A DNA stretch of 46,402 nucleotides, taken from IMG/VR virus record IMGVR_UViG_3300026907_000065, positions 1 to 46,402 of that record; one strand, written 5' to 3'. The notes under the pieces were generated by a model. It saw only the letters and a list, made by a program, of their open reading frames with translations, ran no database searches and had not been told where the DNA came from. Positions 18,875-28,251 of the stretch are shown here, in pieces. This DNA is from a virus. The position numbers and the translations under genes are program-made. Within the stretch, counting starts at the first letter, position 1. Each line of letters begins with the position of its first letter.

Positions 18875-19207
18875 ATGATTGGAGTCGATAGAAACACCGG
18901 CGCCGCGGTCGATGACTGGCTGCAGTTCGTGCAGCGCGCGACCCGCGCCCTGACCACGCCGCTGGGCACGCGGCAGAAGCGCCCGTTGTACGGCTCGCTG
19001 ATTCCCGACCTGCTGGGCCAGAACCTCGGCGATGACTTGCTGATCCTCGCCCAGAGCCATGCGGCGCAGGCGTTTTACAACGAGCAGAACGGCATCGGCG
19101 ATTTCGAGCCGCAGGTCATAGTCGCCAGCCGGCGCGGCGCCGGGTTGCTGTTGCGTTTCGCCGGCACCTGGAAAAACCGCCAACAGACGTTCGAGGTCGT
19201 GACATGA
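18875..19207 (+). CDS. Baseplate wedge gpW/gp25-like
   Basis: MIGVDRNTG, LTTPLGTR.KRPLYGS.IPDL. Confidence 0.85.
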   Translation: MIGVDRNTGAAVDDWLQFVQRATRALTTPLGTRQKRPLYGSLIPDLLGQNLGDDLLILAQSHAAQAFYNEQNGIGDFEPQVIVASRRGAGLLLRFAGTWKNRQQTFEVVT

Positions 19208-20199
19208 GCATGCTGATACCCGGTGAACACCAGTTGGCCGAGCCGGTCATTGTCACAGTCGAAGAATTCGAGCCACTGCTCGCCGAGTTCAAGACCTTCG
19301 TCGTCGATTACGTGGCCCAGCGTTCCCCCGCCAATGCGCAGAAGCTGCAGGCCAGTCTGGCCAACGAAAGCGAGCTGCTGACCCTGGCGCTGGAAGCCTT
19401 CTGCCTGCGCCTGCAAACCCATGAGCGCAAGTACAACGCCCGCATCAAGCAGATGCTGGCCTGGTGGGCCACCGGCAGCAATCTCGATGCACGCCTGGCG
19501 GACATGGGCCTGGAGCGGCAGTTGCTCGACCCGGGCGATCCGGCGGCCTTTCCGCCGGTGCCCGCGGTCTATGAAAGCGACGAAGATGCGCGCCTGCGCT
19601 ATTACCTGGCGCCCCACGCGCCGGCCGCCGGTTCGCGCATGCAGTACCGCCGCGAAGTCTTCACCCTCGGCGAGCGGCCGACGGTGAAGGTGGATTCCAC
19701 CGAGGCGGGCGTGGTGACCGTCATCTACACCTTCGACCCGGACGGTTTCGCCGCTCAGGTCAAGGATGGCAACGGACGCCGTACCGCGCCGGGCGAAGTC
19801 CAGGTCACCGTGCTCTCGCGGGAAGGCGACGGCACCCCATCCGAGGACCTGCTCGAAGGCGTGCGCAAACACTTTGCGCGACCGGACGTGAAGCCGGAAA
19901 CGGATCGGGTGACGGTGCAGGCGGCACAGATCAAGCCCTACAAGATCCGCGTGGTGGCCAAGATCAACCCGGGCCCCGATTCCGGACTGACCCAGCTCGC
20001 CACGCAGCAGCAATTGCAGGCGTACGCCGACAGCTGCCATCGCCTGGAAGGGCGGGTGGATCCGAGCTGGATCGATTACACGCTGCATACGGCAGGGGCG
20101 GTACAGCTGGAGATTCTCGAGCCGGTGCAACCGATCGTGACCACGGCTTTCCAGGCGCCGTATTGCACGGAGGTTGAAGTGGAGGTGCGTACCCTATGA
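19204..20199 (+). CDS. Baseplate J-like protein
   Basis: LAWWATGSNLD, ESDEDARLR, PGEVQVTVLSREGDG, DRVTVQ, YCT. Confidence 0.88.
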   Translation: MSMLIPGEHQLAEPVIVTVEEFEPLLAEFKTFVVDYVAQRSPANAQKLQASLANESELLTLALEAFCLRLQTHERKYNARIKQMLAWWATGSNLDARLADMGLERQLLDPGDPAAFPPVPAVYESDEDARLRYYLAPHAPAAGSRMQYRREVFTLGERPTVKVDSTEAGVVTVIYTFDPDGFAAQVKDGNGRRTAPGEVQVTVLSREGDGTPSEDLLEGVRKHFARPDVKPETDRVTVQAAQIKPYKIRVVAKINPGPDSGLTQLATQQQLQAYADSCHRLEGRVDPSWIDYTLHTAGAVQLEILEPVQPIVTTAFQAPYCTEVEVEVRTL

Positions 20200-20930
20200 G
20201 TGACGACACTGTTCGCTTGAGCCTGCTGCCGGCCAATAGCTCAGCGCTGGAAAAGGCCCTCGATCTCGGTTTCGCCCGCTTGCTCGAACGTGTGGACCCG
20301 CCTTTTCCCCAACTGATGAGCCCTACCCGGACTTCTGTGGACTTCTTGCCTTATCTGGCGGCAGATCGCGGGGTCAGCGAATGGGATGCGGGAGCCAGTG
20401 AGGCCGAAAAGCGCCTCACCGTTTCGCTGTCCTGGCAGATCCAGCGGCAGGCCGGGACTAACAAGGCATTGAGCCACGCCGTCGAGTCCCTGGGCTTCAT
20501 GCCCAACATCGCGGCCTGGTACGAACAGCGACCGCAGGGGCATCCCTATACCTTCGATGTGCAGGCAATCATTGTCCGCGACTGGTCCAGCGGTGATCAC
20601 AACCGCTTGATACGCCGCATCAACGCCGCCAAGAGCGAGCGCGACGAAGGCACCATCACCATCGTTCATCAAACCACGGGTGGGTTGCGACTGGCCGCTG
20701 GCGCCGATCCTGGCCTGAGCATCAGCGATGACAGCCAGCCTGGGGCCTTGCCCGAGGTCAAGCTGCGCGGCTCGCTGACCATGAGCGGCGGCATGGATAC
20801 AGCGCTGAGTGATGGCGAACTCTTTCTTGATGGAGTGCTGCCTGAATTTGAACTCGGCGCTCGCCTTAACAGTGCCGGGGTTTCCCAGCACTACACCATT
20901 GACGACTACGACCTCAGGGCGCAGCTATGA
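20196..20930 (+). CDS. Baseplate protein I (P2 gpI-like)
   Basis: SLLPANSSALE, FLPYLA.DRGV.EW, AGT..A, AWYEQ, PYTF. Confidence 0.85.
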   Translation: MSDDTVRLSLLPANSSALEKALDLGFARLLERVDPPFPQLMSPTRTSVDFLPYLAADRGVSEWDAGASEAEKRLTVSLSWQIQRQAGTNKALSHAVESLGFMPNIAAWYEQRPQGHPYTFDVQAIIVRDWSSGDHNRLIRRINAAKSERDEGTITIVHQTTGGLRLAAGADPGLSISDDSQPGALPEVKLRGSLTMSGGMDTALSDGELFLDGVLPEFELGARLNSAGVSQHYTIDDYDLRAQL

Positions 20931-21463
20931 CAGAAGACATTACGCGCTTGGTTCGCTTCACTTCCGCCGGTCTGGATGAAGTGTTGGCGGCAAAGAACCA
21001 AGGCTTGAAAGGGGAGATCACCCACATCGGCGCCGGTACCGGCCGCTACAACCCGGACGGTACGGAAACAGCCCTGCGCGATGAGCGCCAGCGGGTGGCG
21101 ATCGTGGACTACGAGGACCTGGGCTCGCGCCAGTTGCGGATGGCAGCGCTGTTCGACGGTCCGGACGAATACGAGATCGGCGAGTTCGGTTTCTACCTGG
21201 CCAGCGGCACCCTGCTGGCGGTGTATTCGGTGGCTGGAAAGTTGCTGACTTACAAGGCCGGTGCTGCACGGGTGCTGCAAAAGTTCACGCTGGATATTTC
21301 GCCGTTGCCTGCGGACAGCGTGACGGTGGTGGTGGGGGCCGAGAATCTCAACATCTTGCTGGCAGAGGAGTTGGCCACTCTTTCGGCGGCCAGCATCGAC
21401 AACATGGCCCGTGGGCTTGGGGTGCTCTTTCGTGTGAGAGCGCTGGAAGAAAAGGTCATTTGA
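20927..21463 (+). CDS. Tail fibre proximal/anchor protein
   Basis: FTSAG, ITHIG.GTG, IGEFGFYLASGTLLAVYS typical of P2-type fibre N-terminus, only 178 aa. Confidence 0.75.
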   Translation: MTEDITRLVRFTSAGLDEVLAAKNQGLKGEITHIGAGTGRYNPDGTETALRDERQRVAIVDYEDLGSRQLRMAALFDGPDEYEIGEFGFYLASGTLLAVYSVAGKLLTYKAGAARVLQKFTLDISPLPADSVTVVVGAENLNILLAEELATLSAASIDNMARGLGVLFRVRALEEKVI

Positions 21464-21566
21464 AAATCAGCAAGTCAGGTTTCGCAGGTGCCGATGGCCT
21501 GTCCTTTGGCTCCGAATGGGAAGTGTCGTTGTGAGCAAGATCAATGGAATCTAAGGAGTTAAGACT

Positions 21567-22319
21567 TTGAGTACAGAACAGCAACTGGCCGCGGTGGTAA
21601 GCGCGGCGAATAATTTGACGAATACTGTCACAGGCAAGGTTGGCGAGATCGACCAGGCCGTAGCAGAAGCCCGCCGACAATATGACTCGCAGCTTCTTGA
21701 TCTGAAAACCCGGTTGCCTCGATTGGCCGTCACGAAGAACTTCACCCTACTGCCCAATAGTGCGGGGACATTGATTGATAACTGGGGGATTCATGGGCAG
21801 GTCACTGCGACGAAGTTGCGGTCGATCACCCCAACGTCCCAGGCCACCGGCCGGCCGGCAGCAGACGTTGAGTTCATGCTCAAGGTTCAGGCCGACGTGC
21901 GGGAGCAGTTCCCCAATTTCGATATCCGGGCAACGGACTATTGGCGCGGGGCGATCAACGTCTGGCAAATGAAATGGACGGAGGCCGATAGCAGTCCCTG
22001 GCTCGCCTTTCCTTATGCCACTGACCAGACGCTGGCCAATGGCGCCGCCGCGGTGCCATTGAACTCTTATCTGACCCTGGGCGCTTTCGTGCGTGTCGTT
22101 GATGGCTCGATCAGTGGCGCCTGGAGTACCGGCTCGCAGAAAGGCAAATGGCGTTGGTGCTCCGCGGTGGTTTCTCCTTCTGGAGCATTCGGCGCCTATT
22201 TCCACCTGCACCCGATGCGTACTTCGAGCACCGGGTTGATTGAAATCATGCTGGCCGGTGCCTGCACCGGCGTAGTCACCGACCCGGGCGACTGGGGCAC
22301 CATGCTCGCTATTAGTTAA
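21567..22319 (+). CDS. Putative distal fibre / receptor-binding protein
   Basis: TTG start with AAGGAG SD, N-terminal coiled coil then beta-rich domain; between fibre anchor and chaperone. Confidence 0.6.
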   Translation: MSTEQQLAAVVSAANNLTNTVTGKVGEIDQAVAEARRQYDSQLLDLKTRLPRLAVTKNFTLLPNSAGTLIDNWGIHGQVTATKLRSITPTSQATGRPAADVEFMLKVQADVREQFPNFDIRATDYWRGAINVWQMKWTEADSSPWLAFPYATDQTLANGAAAVPLNSYLTLGAFVRVVDGSISGAWSTGSQKGKWRWCSAVVSPSGAFGAYFHLHPMRTSSTGLIEIMLAGACTGVVTDPGDWGTMLAIS

Positions 22320-22330
22320 GGAAAAGCACA

Positions 22331-22567
22331 ATGAAACCAACTTTTGTACCTGCTGAACTGCACCCGATCATCAAGTGGGAAATGATTCGCAAGGCTCGCG
22401 ATGAAGACTTGGCGGCGAGTGATTACGCGGCCATGCCCGACTACCCCATGAGCGAGACCAATCGTCCGGCGTTTACTGCCTATCGTCAGGGGCTGCGCGA
22501 TATTCCCGATCAGGGCAGTGATCCGGATGCGGTTGCCTGGCCGGTCAAGCCGGATTTCCTGAAGTAA
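22331..22567 (+). CDS. Tail fibre assembly chaperone
   Basis: W..IR..RD..LA.SDY...PDYP, YRQ.LRDIP, WPVKP. Confidence 0.82.
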   Translation: MKPTFVPAELHPIIKWEMIRKARDEDLAASDYAAMPDYPMSETNRPAFTAYRQGLRDIPDQGSDPDAVAWPVKPDFLK

Positions 22568-22574
22568 GACCTCC

Positions 22575-22623
22575 ACCGCGAAAGCGGTTTTTTTTCGCCC
22601 GCACAAAGCCCCGCAGAGGGGCT
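22575..22623 (+). terminator. Intrinsic terminator plus second hairpin
   Basis: ACCGC-GAAA-GCGGT-TTTTTTT then AGCCCC-GCAGA-GGGGCT. Confidence 0.75.
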
Positions 22624-22654
22624 CTGGCGCTTTTGCGTCTGGAGAAATTCGCAC

Positions 22655-22876
22655 ATGTCCATCCGACAAACCTACACCGTCCTCGTGCCGTTCCCCACCG
22701 GCGGCGGCCACTGGTCGAAGGTCGACCAACAGCTCGACCTGCTCGACGTCGAGGCCAGTGCCTTGCGTGCCGCCGGTCGCCTGGAACTGACCAGCGTCCT
22801 CGCGGCGCGCCAACCGGCCGAACCGGCCACTCCATCCACCAAGGCCTTGAAGGCCGCTGCCAAGAAGGCTGAATAA
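22655..22876 (+). CDS. Small pre-sheath hypothetical protein
   Basis: 73 aa, GGAGA SD, directly upstream of sheath. Confidence 0.7.
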   Translation: MSIRQTYTVLVPFPTGGGHWSKVDQQLDLLDVEASALRAAGRLELTSVLAARQPAEPATPSTKALKAAAKKAE

Positions 22877-22878
22877 CC

Positions 22879-24045
22879 ATGGCTGAGGTTCTGAACTTCG
22901 AGCACAACGGCATTACCGTCAATGCCACCGAATCCCCCGAGGCCATGGGTGGCCTGGGTGACAACGTCATCGGCCTGGTCGGCACTGCGCCGAAGGCCGA
23001 CCCGCTGATTCCGCGCAATGCGCCGTTCCGCATCAACAGCTTCACCACCCAGGCCCTGCTGGACCCGACCGGCGCTGAGTCGGGCACCCTGTTCCAGGCG
23101 GTGTACCAGATCCTCAAAGTGGTCAAGGTCCCGGTCTATGTGGTGATCGTCGAAGAGGGCGCGACCCCGGCCGACACCGTCAACAACGTGATCGGCGGTG
23201 TCGACGCCACCACCGGCCGCAAGCTCGGCCTGGCTGCCCTGGGCAGTGTCCCGGAAGACCTGACCATCATCGGCGCGCCGGGCTTTACCGGCACCAAGGC
23301 GGTGGCCGGTGAGTTCGCTGCCTTCGGCAAGCGCATCAAGGCCCGTGTGGTGCTCGACGGCAAGGACGCCTCGGTCGCCGACCAGGTGAGCTACAGCAAG
23401 GAACTGGGCGGCGCGGACCTGGGTTTCGACCGCTGCCTGGTGGTGCACAACATGCCGGCCGTGTACTCCAAGGCGGCGAAGAAGAACGTGTTCCTGGCCC
23501 CGTCGAGCCTGGCCATCGCCGCGCTGGCCAAGGTCAAGCAGTGGGAGAGCCCGGGCAACCAGGTGACCTTCGCCGAAGACGTCTCGCGCACTGTGGAATA
23601 CAACATCCTCGACACCTCGACCGAGGGCGACCTGCTCAACCGATACGGCGTCAGCTACTACGCCCGCACCGTGCTCGGCGGCTTCTCGCTGCTGGGTAAC
23701 CGCTCCATCACCGGCAAGTTCATCAGCTATGTCGGCCTGGAAGACGCCATCAGCCGCAAGCTGGTCAAGGCCGGGCAGAAAGCCATGGCCAAGAACCTGA
23801 CCAAGTCCTTCATGGACCAGGAGGTCAAGCGCATCAACGACTGGCTGCAGACCCTGGTCGCCGACGAAACCATCCCGGGCGGCAGCGTGTACCTGCACCC
23901 CGAGTTGAACAGCGTCGAGAAGTACAAGAACGGTACCTGGTACGTGGTCATCGACTACGGCCGCTACGCGCCGAACGAGCACATGGTGTATCAGCTCAAC
24001 GCCCGCGATGAAATCATCGAGCAGTTCCTGGAGGATGTTCTCTAA
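22879..24045 (+). CDS. Contractile tail sheath (P2 FI-like)
   Basis: FEHNGITV, VIGLVGTAP, IIGAPGF, WESPGN, LLGNRS, VIDY. Confidence 0.9.
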   Translation: MAEVLNFEHNGITVNATESPEAMGGLGDNVIGLVGTAPKADPLIPRNAPFRINSFTTQALLDPTGAESGTLFQAVYQILKVVKVPVYVVIVEEGATPADTVNNVIGGVDATTGRKLGLAALGSVPEDLTIIGAPGFTGTKAVAGEFAAFGKRIKARVVLDGKDASVADQVSYSKELGGADLGFDRCLVVHNMPAVYSKAAKKNVFLAPSSLAIAALAKVKQWESPGNQVTFAEDVSRTVEYNILDTSTEGDLLNRYGVSYYARTVLGGFSLLGNRSITGKFISYVGLEDAISRKLVKAGQKAMAKNLTKSFMDQEVKRINDWLQTLVADETIPGGSVYLHPELNSVEKYKNGTWYVVIDYGRYAPNEHMVYQLNARDEIIEQFLEDVL

Positions 24046-24551
24046 TGTTTACCAACCGCGTAAGACAGGCCATCGCGGCCACCCTGCAAGGCCTGCCGTT
24101 GTCGGCGACCGTGGAAGAGTTCACCCCGCCGAAGATCGAATTCGAAATGGAAGCGATGACCGGTGGGCGCTTTATCGCCGAAGAAATGGCCAAGAGCGGC
24201 AAGGCACTCACCGCCACCCTCAAGCTGCAGGGCCTGGGGCCGGAAATCATGCTGGCGCTGGGCGTGAAGCTGGGCGACGACATCCTGCTCAATGTCCGCG
24301 AGGCGGGCCAGGACCAGGATGGCAAGACCTGGTTCACCTACCACACCGTGGGTGGCAAGCTGAAATCCCTGGCCGAAACGGCCATGAAGATGAATGAAAA
24401 ACCCACCACCACCCTGGAACTCGCCTGCCGTACTTACAACCGCATCGAGAACGGCGTGCCGGTGATCGACATCGACGTGCGCACCCAGAAGTTCGTGCTC
24501 AGCGGCGTCGACATCCTCGGCGACGCCCGTCGCGCGGTGCTGATGCCGTAA
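24045..24551 (+). CDS. Tail tube (P2 FII-like)
   Basis: 168 aa after sheath; EFTPPKI, IDIDV..., GVDIL. Confidence 0.88.
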   Translation: MFTNRVRQAIAATLQGLPLSATVEEFTPPKIEFEMEAMTGGRFIAEEMAKSGKALTATLKLQGLGPEIMLALGVKLGDDILLNVREAGQDQDGKTWFTYHTVGGKLKSLAETAMKMNEKPTTTLELACRTYNRIENGVPVIDIDVRTQKFVLSGVDILGDARRAVLMP

Positions 24552-24591
24552 CCCTCGCAACACCCTTTGCAATACCCCCTGCAACACTCTT

Positions 24592-24677
24592 GTAGGAGCG
24601 AGCTTGCTCGCGATGGCAATGCAACAGCGACATCACAGTCGTCGCTCAATCCCCAATCGCGAGCAACTCGCTGCTAC
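24592..24677. repeat. REPIN (inverted GTAG-type REP doublet)
   Basis: GTAGGAGCGAGCTTGCTCGCGAT (24592-24614) ... ATCGCGAGCAACTCGCTGCTAC (24656-24677, degenerate). Confidence 0.85.
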
Positions 24678-24700
24678 CCCCTTTATTAAGGAATTCATTC

Positions 24701-25312
24701 ATGTCCTGGACGCCTCCGATCCATGTCCTGCTGTGCCCGATTACCGCTGACGATGAGTCGCAGATCGCGCAGATTCAGCTCAAGCCATTGTTCTACGCCG
24801 CGCAGAAAGAAGCGCTGGCCCGCGCCGGCGATGATGAGGACGATCAGTTCTTCGAGCTGGCGAAGCTGGCCACCGGGTTGTCGGCCAATGAGCTCGACCA
24901 GCTCAAGCGGCCGGACTACGTGAGCATCGCGCAGTACGTCCATGACATGTCGACACGCCCGGCTGCGTACTTCCTCCAGCAGGGCGCCGAGCCTGAAACG
25001 GCCAGCGACACCCCTGGCGATACCTCGGCGCAGGGCGACCTGGACCAGGTGGACCTGCTGTTGCCGCTCGATGTGGCGGGCCGGCGCCTGACGTCCCTGA
25101 CCCTGGAAATGCCCGCGTTGCGAGCGACCAAGGTGATGAAGAAGCTCAAGACCAACAAGGAGCGCGCCGAGTTCATCACCGCGCATTGTACCGGCCTGAT
25201 GCTGCCCGACCTGGCGCTGCTCAGCGTGCCTGACTGGACGCAGCTGCAAGAGCGCATCGACGATTTTTTAAACAAACCGGCGGCCTTCTTTCGGAGCGCG
25301 ACATCGAAGTGA
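24701..25312 (+). CDS. Tail assembly chaperone (gpE-like, apparently two-domain)
   Basis: Between tube and TMP; two similar halves (LATGLSANELDQL..PDY / CTGLMLPDLALL..PDW); slippery T TTT TTA AAC at 25264-25273. Confidence 0.8.
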   Translation: MSWTPPIHVLLCPITADDESQIAQIQLKPLFYAAQKEALARAGDDEDDQFFELAKLATGLSANELDQLKRPDYVSIAQYVHDMSTRPAAYFLQQGAEPETASDTPGDTSAQGDLDQVDLLLPLDVAGRRLTSLTLEMPALRATKVMKKLKTNKERAEFITAHCTGLMLPDLALLSVPDWTQLQERIDDFLNKPAAFFRSATSK

Positions 25313-25434
25313 TACTCGATGTGGTGCCGCTCATTTACTCGGTAAGTGAGGCGGAAATCCTGGAGTGGGACGCTGGCAAGGCCTTGCGCCGCTACGACAT
25401 CGCGATCACTCGCCTTGGCGTGAAAGAGGAGTAG
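25264..25434 (+). CDS. gpE'-like -1 frameshift extension
   Basis: -1 frame reads KQTGGLLSERDIEVILDVVPLIYSVSEAEILEWDAGKALRRYDIAITRLGVKEE*, ending 6 nt before TMP; absent from ORF track. Confidence 0.72.
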   Translation, partial: FFKQTGGLLSERDIEVILDVVPLIYSVSEAEILEWDAGKALRRYDIAITRLGVKEE

Positions 25435-25440
25435 AGCGAA

Positions 25441-27654
25441 ATGGCGAACAATCAGTTTTCGCTCAAGAACGCCACCGTGCAACAGCACGGGCTGGCGCCC
25501 GTCGGCGTCATGCAGCCAGGCGCCCCCGTGGCGAGCCCGGCGGATGCCGGCCTGTCATCCAGCAGCTTCGTCCTGGCCCTGAATACCGCCAGCGTGGACA
25601 TTCGTCTGCTGACCACGGCTATCGACTCGTTGAAGTTGACGCTGTCGTCGCAACGCCCGTTGCAGCTGGCATCCTCCGGCAGCGCCAAGACCGAGGCTAA
25701 AGCCCCGGACAAGGCCGCTGGCGGGCTTCAAGCGCCTGACCTGTTCAAGTCGGCGATGGCGATGGATGCGGCGCTGGCCGATCTGGGGAGGGTGGTTTCT
25801 CTCCCCGGCAATGAGCGTGAGGAACTTGCGCAAGACAACTACCGCATGGCCAGTTATCCAGGCATCGCCGCGGGTGGAACCACGGCGGTTGATCTGGCGA
25901 AGCTTGAATACGCCGCGGCCAAAGCAGGGATCGAGAACGATAAAGGCGCGTCCCGACGGCAGACCCTGACGGCATTCGGCGGTGATGCCGCGCTCATGGC
26001 AACCGCGTTCAAGATGCCGGGCAAGGATGCCGGGGACATGCTGGCCGGTTGGCGCACCTCGATGAAGCTGGACCGCAACCAGGCCCTCGATCTGGCGGAT
26101 GCGACCAACCACCTCGGCAAGCGTCCGGGAGACGCCGAGGCGGCCGATATCGGGGTGATCCTGCAACGGCATGGCGCTGCCGCCACGGCGGTGGGGCTGG
26201 CCCCGGAGCAGGCGGCGGCGCTGACGGCGGCATTGCTCAACACCGGCACGCAAAAGGCCGATGCCGGGGCCGCGCTGAAAGGTATCGCTGCCGTGCTGGG
26301 CAAGGGAGAACCCAAATCCGAGGCGCAGCAAGTGGCTTTGCAACGGTTGCACATCGACCCGCTGAAGCTGGATGGGGCAGGTGGTCTGACCAAGGTGCTG
26401 GAGGCACTGCAAGCGCCCGACGTTTCGAGTCGGGAGCGCTCCGCGTTGGCCACTACCCTGTTCGGCAGCGCGGATGAAGCAGCGTTGCGCCTGTCGCAAC
26501 AGCTGCCTGAAGTTCAAAAGGCCTTGGCGCAGGTCGCCGACAAGCAGCAGTACGCCACCTCCGAGCTGGGTGACAAGGGCTCGGTACGCCAGTCCGCATC
26601 GGCCCAGGCGAATACCTTCGACGCCCGCTTGAACCGGATGAACACCGCGTTCGGTTCCGCCCTCGCGCCGGTGGCGGAAGGGGCGATGGTGCCTATCGGT
26701 GGGGTGGTCGATGGTTTGAGCAGCCTGGCTACGGAGTTTCCGAAGATCGCTGCCGGCCTGGCCTTGGCGGGTGCTGCCATCGCACCGGTGGTGGGCCGCC
26801 TGCTCAAGTCGGTGCTGGACGAAGTCTTTACCCAGGTGGCGAAAAAACTGTTGAGCCTGGCGGCTCCGAGCCTGCCATCGAGTATTGGCAAGCTGTTCGG
26901 CGAAGGCGCAGGCTGCTGTGGCGGCCCTGCGGGCGGTACTGAAAGTCGCGGCCCCAACAGAAGAGAGCGCAGGCAGCGCGACAGGCAAGAGAAGAGAGAC
27001 AGGCAGAAAAACCAAGCCAGGACGGCAAAGCCTGCAAAAAGAGCCGTCTCTGCAACAGCTCTGCGTGGCGGGCTGCTTTCCCGTATCGGTCGCGGATTGA
27101 GCGGCAGTTTCGCCGGCTTGCGTTCAGTGGCCGGCCGCGTGGCCAGTCGACCGCTCAAGCTGCTCAGGGCCGGCGTGAATGTGTTCAAGGGGGTGCGCAA
27201 CCGCGACCCCAAGGCCATCGGTTCTGGCCTGGGCACCTTGGGCGGCGCCTGGGCCGGCAGCGCATCCGGTGCTGCGCTGGGGGCCGCCCTGGGTAGCGTC
27301 GTGCCGATCCTCGGCACGGCTGTCGGCGGATTGCTCGGCGGCGCCATCGGCGGCTGGTTGGGTAGCGAGGCCGGCGGCCGGTTGGGGGAGGAGGCAGGTG
27401 GACACCTGGGAGGCGAGCCGGCGGACCGCTTGAAGTCGCCGGATGAAGTGAGCAAGAACCTCGCAGCCAGCTCGGTTTCCAGCCAGCAGGTCACCTTCGC
27501 CCCGGTCGTCAATATCTACGGCCAGGATCAGGCCACCTCCAGGCAACTGGTGGACATGGTGATCCAGCAAATGCAGATGCAGGTCATGCCCCTGATGATG
27601 AGCAACCCGCTCGCGGTACGGCGCGGCGCGGCCCTGACCGATGGAGTGATGTGA
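25441..27654 (+). CDS. Tape measure protein (P2 T/TP901-like core)
   Basis: 737 aa Ala/Gly-rich; LADATNHLG, LFG, Gly-rich GAALGAALGSVVPILGTAVGG segment. Confidence 0.88.
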   Translation: MANNQFSLKNATVQQHGLAPVGVMQPGAPVASPADAGLSSSSFVLALNTASVDIRLLTTAIDSLKLTLSSQRPLQLASSGSAKTEAKAPDKAAGGLQAPDLFKSAMAMDAALADLGRVVSLPGNEREELAQDNYRMASYPGIAAGGTTAVDLAKLEYAAAKAGIENDKGASRRQTLTAFGGDAALMATAFKMPGKDAGDMLAGWRTSMKLDRNQALDLADATNHLGKRPGDAEAADIGVILQRHGAAATAVGLAPEQAAALTAALLNTGTQKADAGAALKGIAAVLGKGEPKSEAQQVALQRLHIDPLKLDGAGGLTKVLEALQAPDVSSRERSALATTLFGSADEAALRLSQQLPEVQKALAQVADKQQYATSELGDKGSVRQSASAQANTFDARLNRMNTAFGSALAPVAEGAMVPIGGVVDGLSSLATEFPKIAAGLALAGAAIAPVVGRLLKSVLDEVFTQVAKKLLSLAAPSLPSSIGKLFGEGAGCCGGPAGGTESRGPNRRERRQRDRQEKRDRQKNQARTAKPAKRAVSATALRGGLLSRIGRGLSGSFAGLRSVAGRVASRPLKLLRAGVNVFKGVRNRDPKAIGSGLGTLGGAWAGSASGAALGAALGSVVPILGTAVGGLLGGAIGGWLGSEAGGRLGEEAGGHLGGEPADRLKSPDEVSKNLAASSVSSQQVTFAPVVNIYGQDQATSRQLVDMVIQQMQMQVMPLMMSNPLAVRRGAALTDGVM

Positions 27655-28037
27655 TGCGACAGCAGATGGCGTTGGGCAATTTCATTTTCGGCTTGTCCAC
27701 CGGCTTCGCCTACGACCGGCTTGAACGCAAGACGGACGGTGGCTGGGCCAGTATCGACATCATCACCAGCAAGCCGAAATCGCAGCAGGCCGGGCAGAAG
27801 CTGGAAACGCTGCAGATCAGTGGCAAGTCGATGTACGCCACGGGCATGGCGCGCCTGGACCAGCTGCGCGAGTTGCAGGCCGCTCGCGTGCCCTTGCCGT
27901 TGGTGGATGGCATCGGTCGCAACTGGGGGCGCTGGCGCGTCAACCTGGTGACGGAGGTGCAGACTTCCATCATCGATGACGGCACTGCGCTGGTGATCAA
28001 CTGGACCATCAACCTCGAGGAATTCGTCAATGCGTAG
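27654..28037 (+). CDS. P2 gpU-like tail protein
   Basis: MALGNFIF, PLPLVDG.G..WG.W. Confidence 0.88.
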   Translation: MRQQMALGNFIFGLSTGFAYDRLERKTDGGWASIDIITSKPKSQQAGQKLETLQISGKSMYATGMARLDQLRELQAARVPLPLVDGIGRNWGRWRVNLVTEVQTSIIDDGTALVINWTINLEEFVNA

Positions 28038-28242
28038 AGTTCGAAGTATTGCCGGCGATTCGGTCAACCTGCTGCTCTACCGCGAGGTGGGACGTTGCGA
28101 CGATGCGGTCGAGGAAGCGCTCTGGCGCCTCAATCCGCTGCTGGCCGAGAAAGGCCCGGTGCTGCCGGCGGGTGTCTGGGTGACAGTGCCCGAGATCGAG
28201 TCGCGGCCGGTGGCTGCAATGCCCGTTTCGGCCTGGGACTGA
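28030..28242 (+). CDS. P2 gpX-like (LysM-like) tail protein
   Basis: GDSV..L.YR, LNP.LA..GPVLPAG, ends WD. Confidence 0.88.
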   Translation: MRRVRSIAGDSVNLLLYREVGRCDDAVEEALWRLNPLLAEKGPVLPAGVWVTVPEIESRPVAAMPVSAWD

Positions 28243-28251
28243 GGAGGCGTC

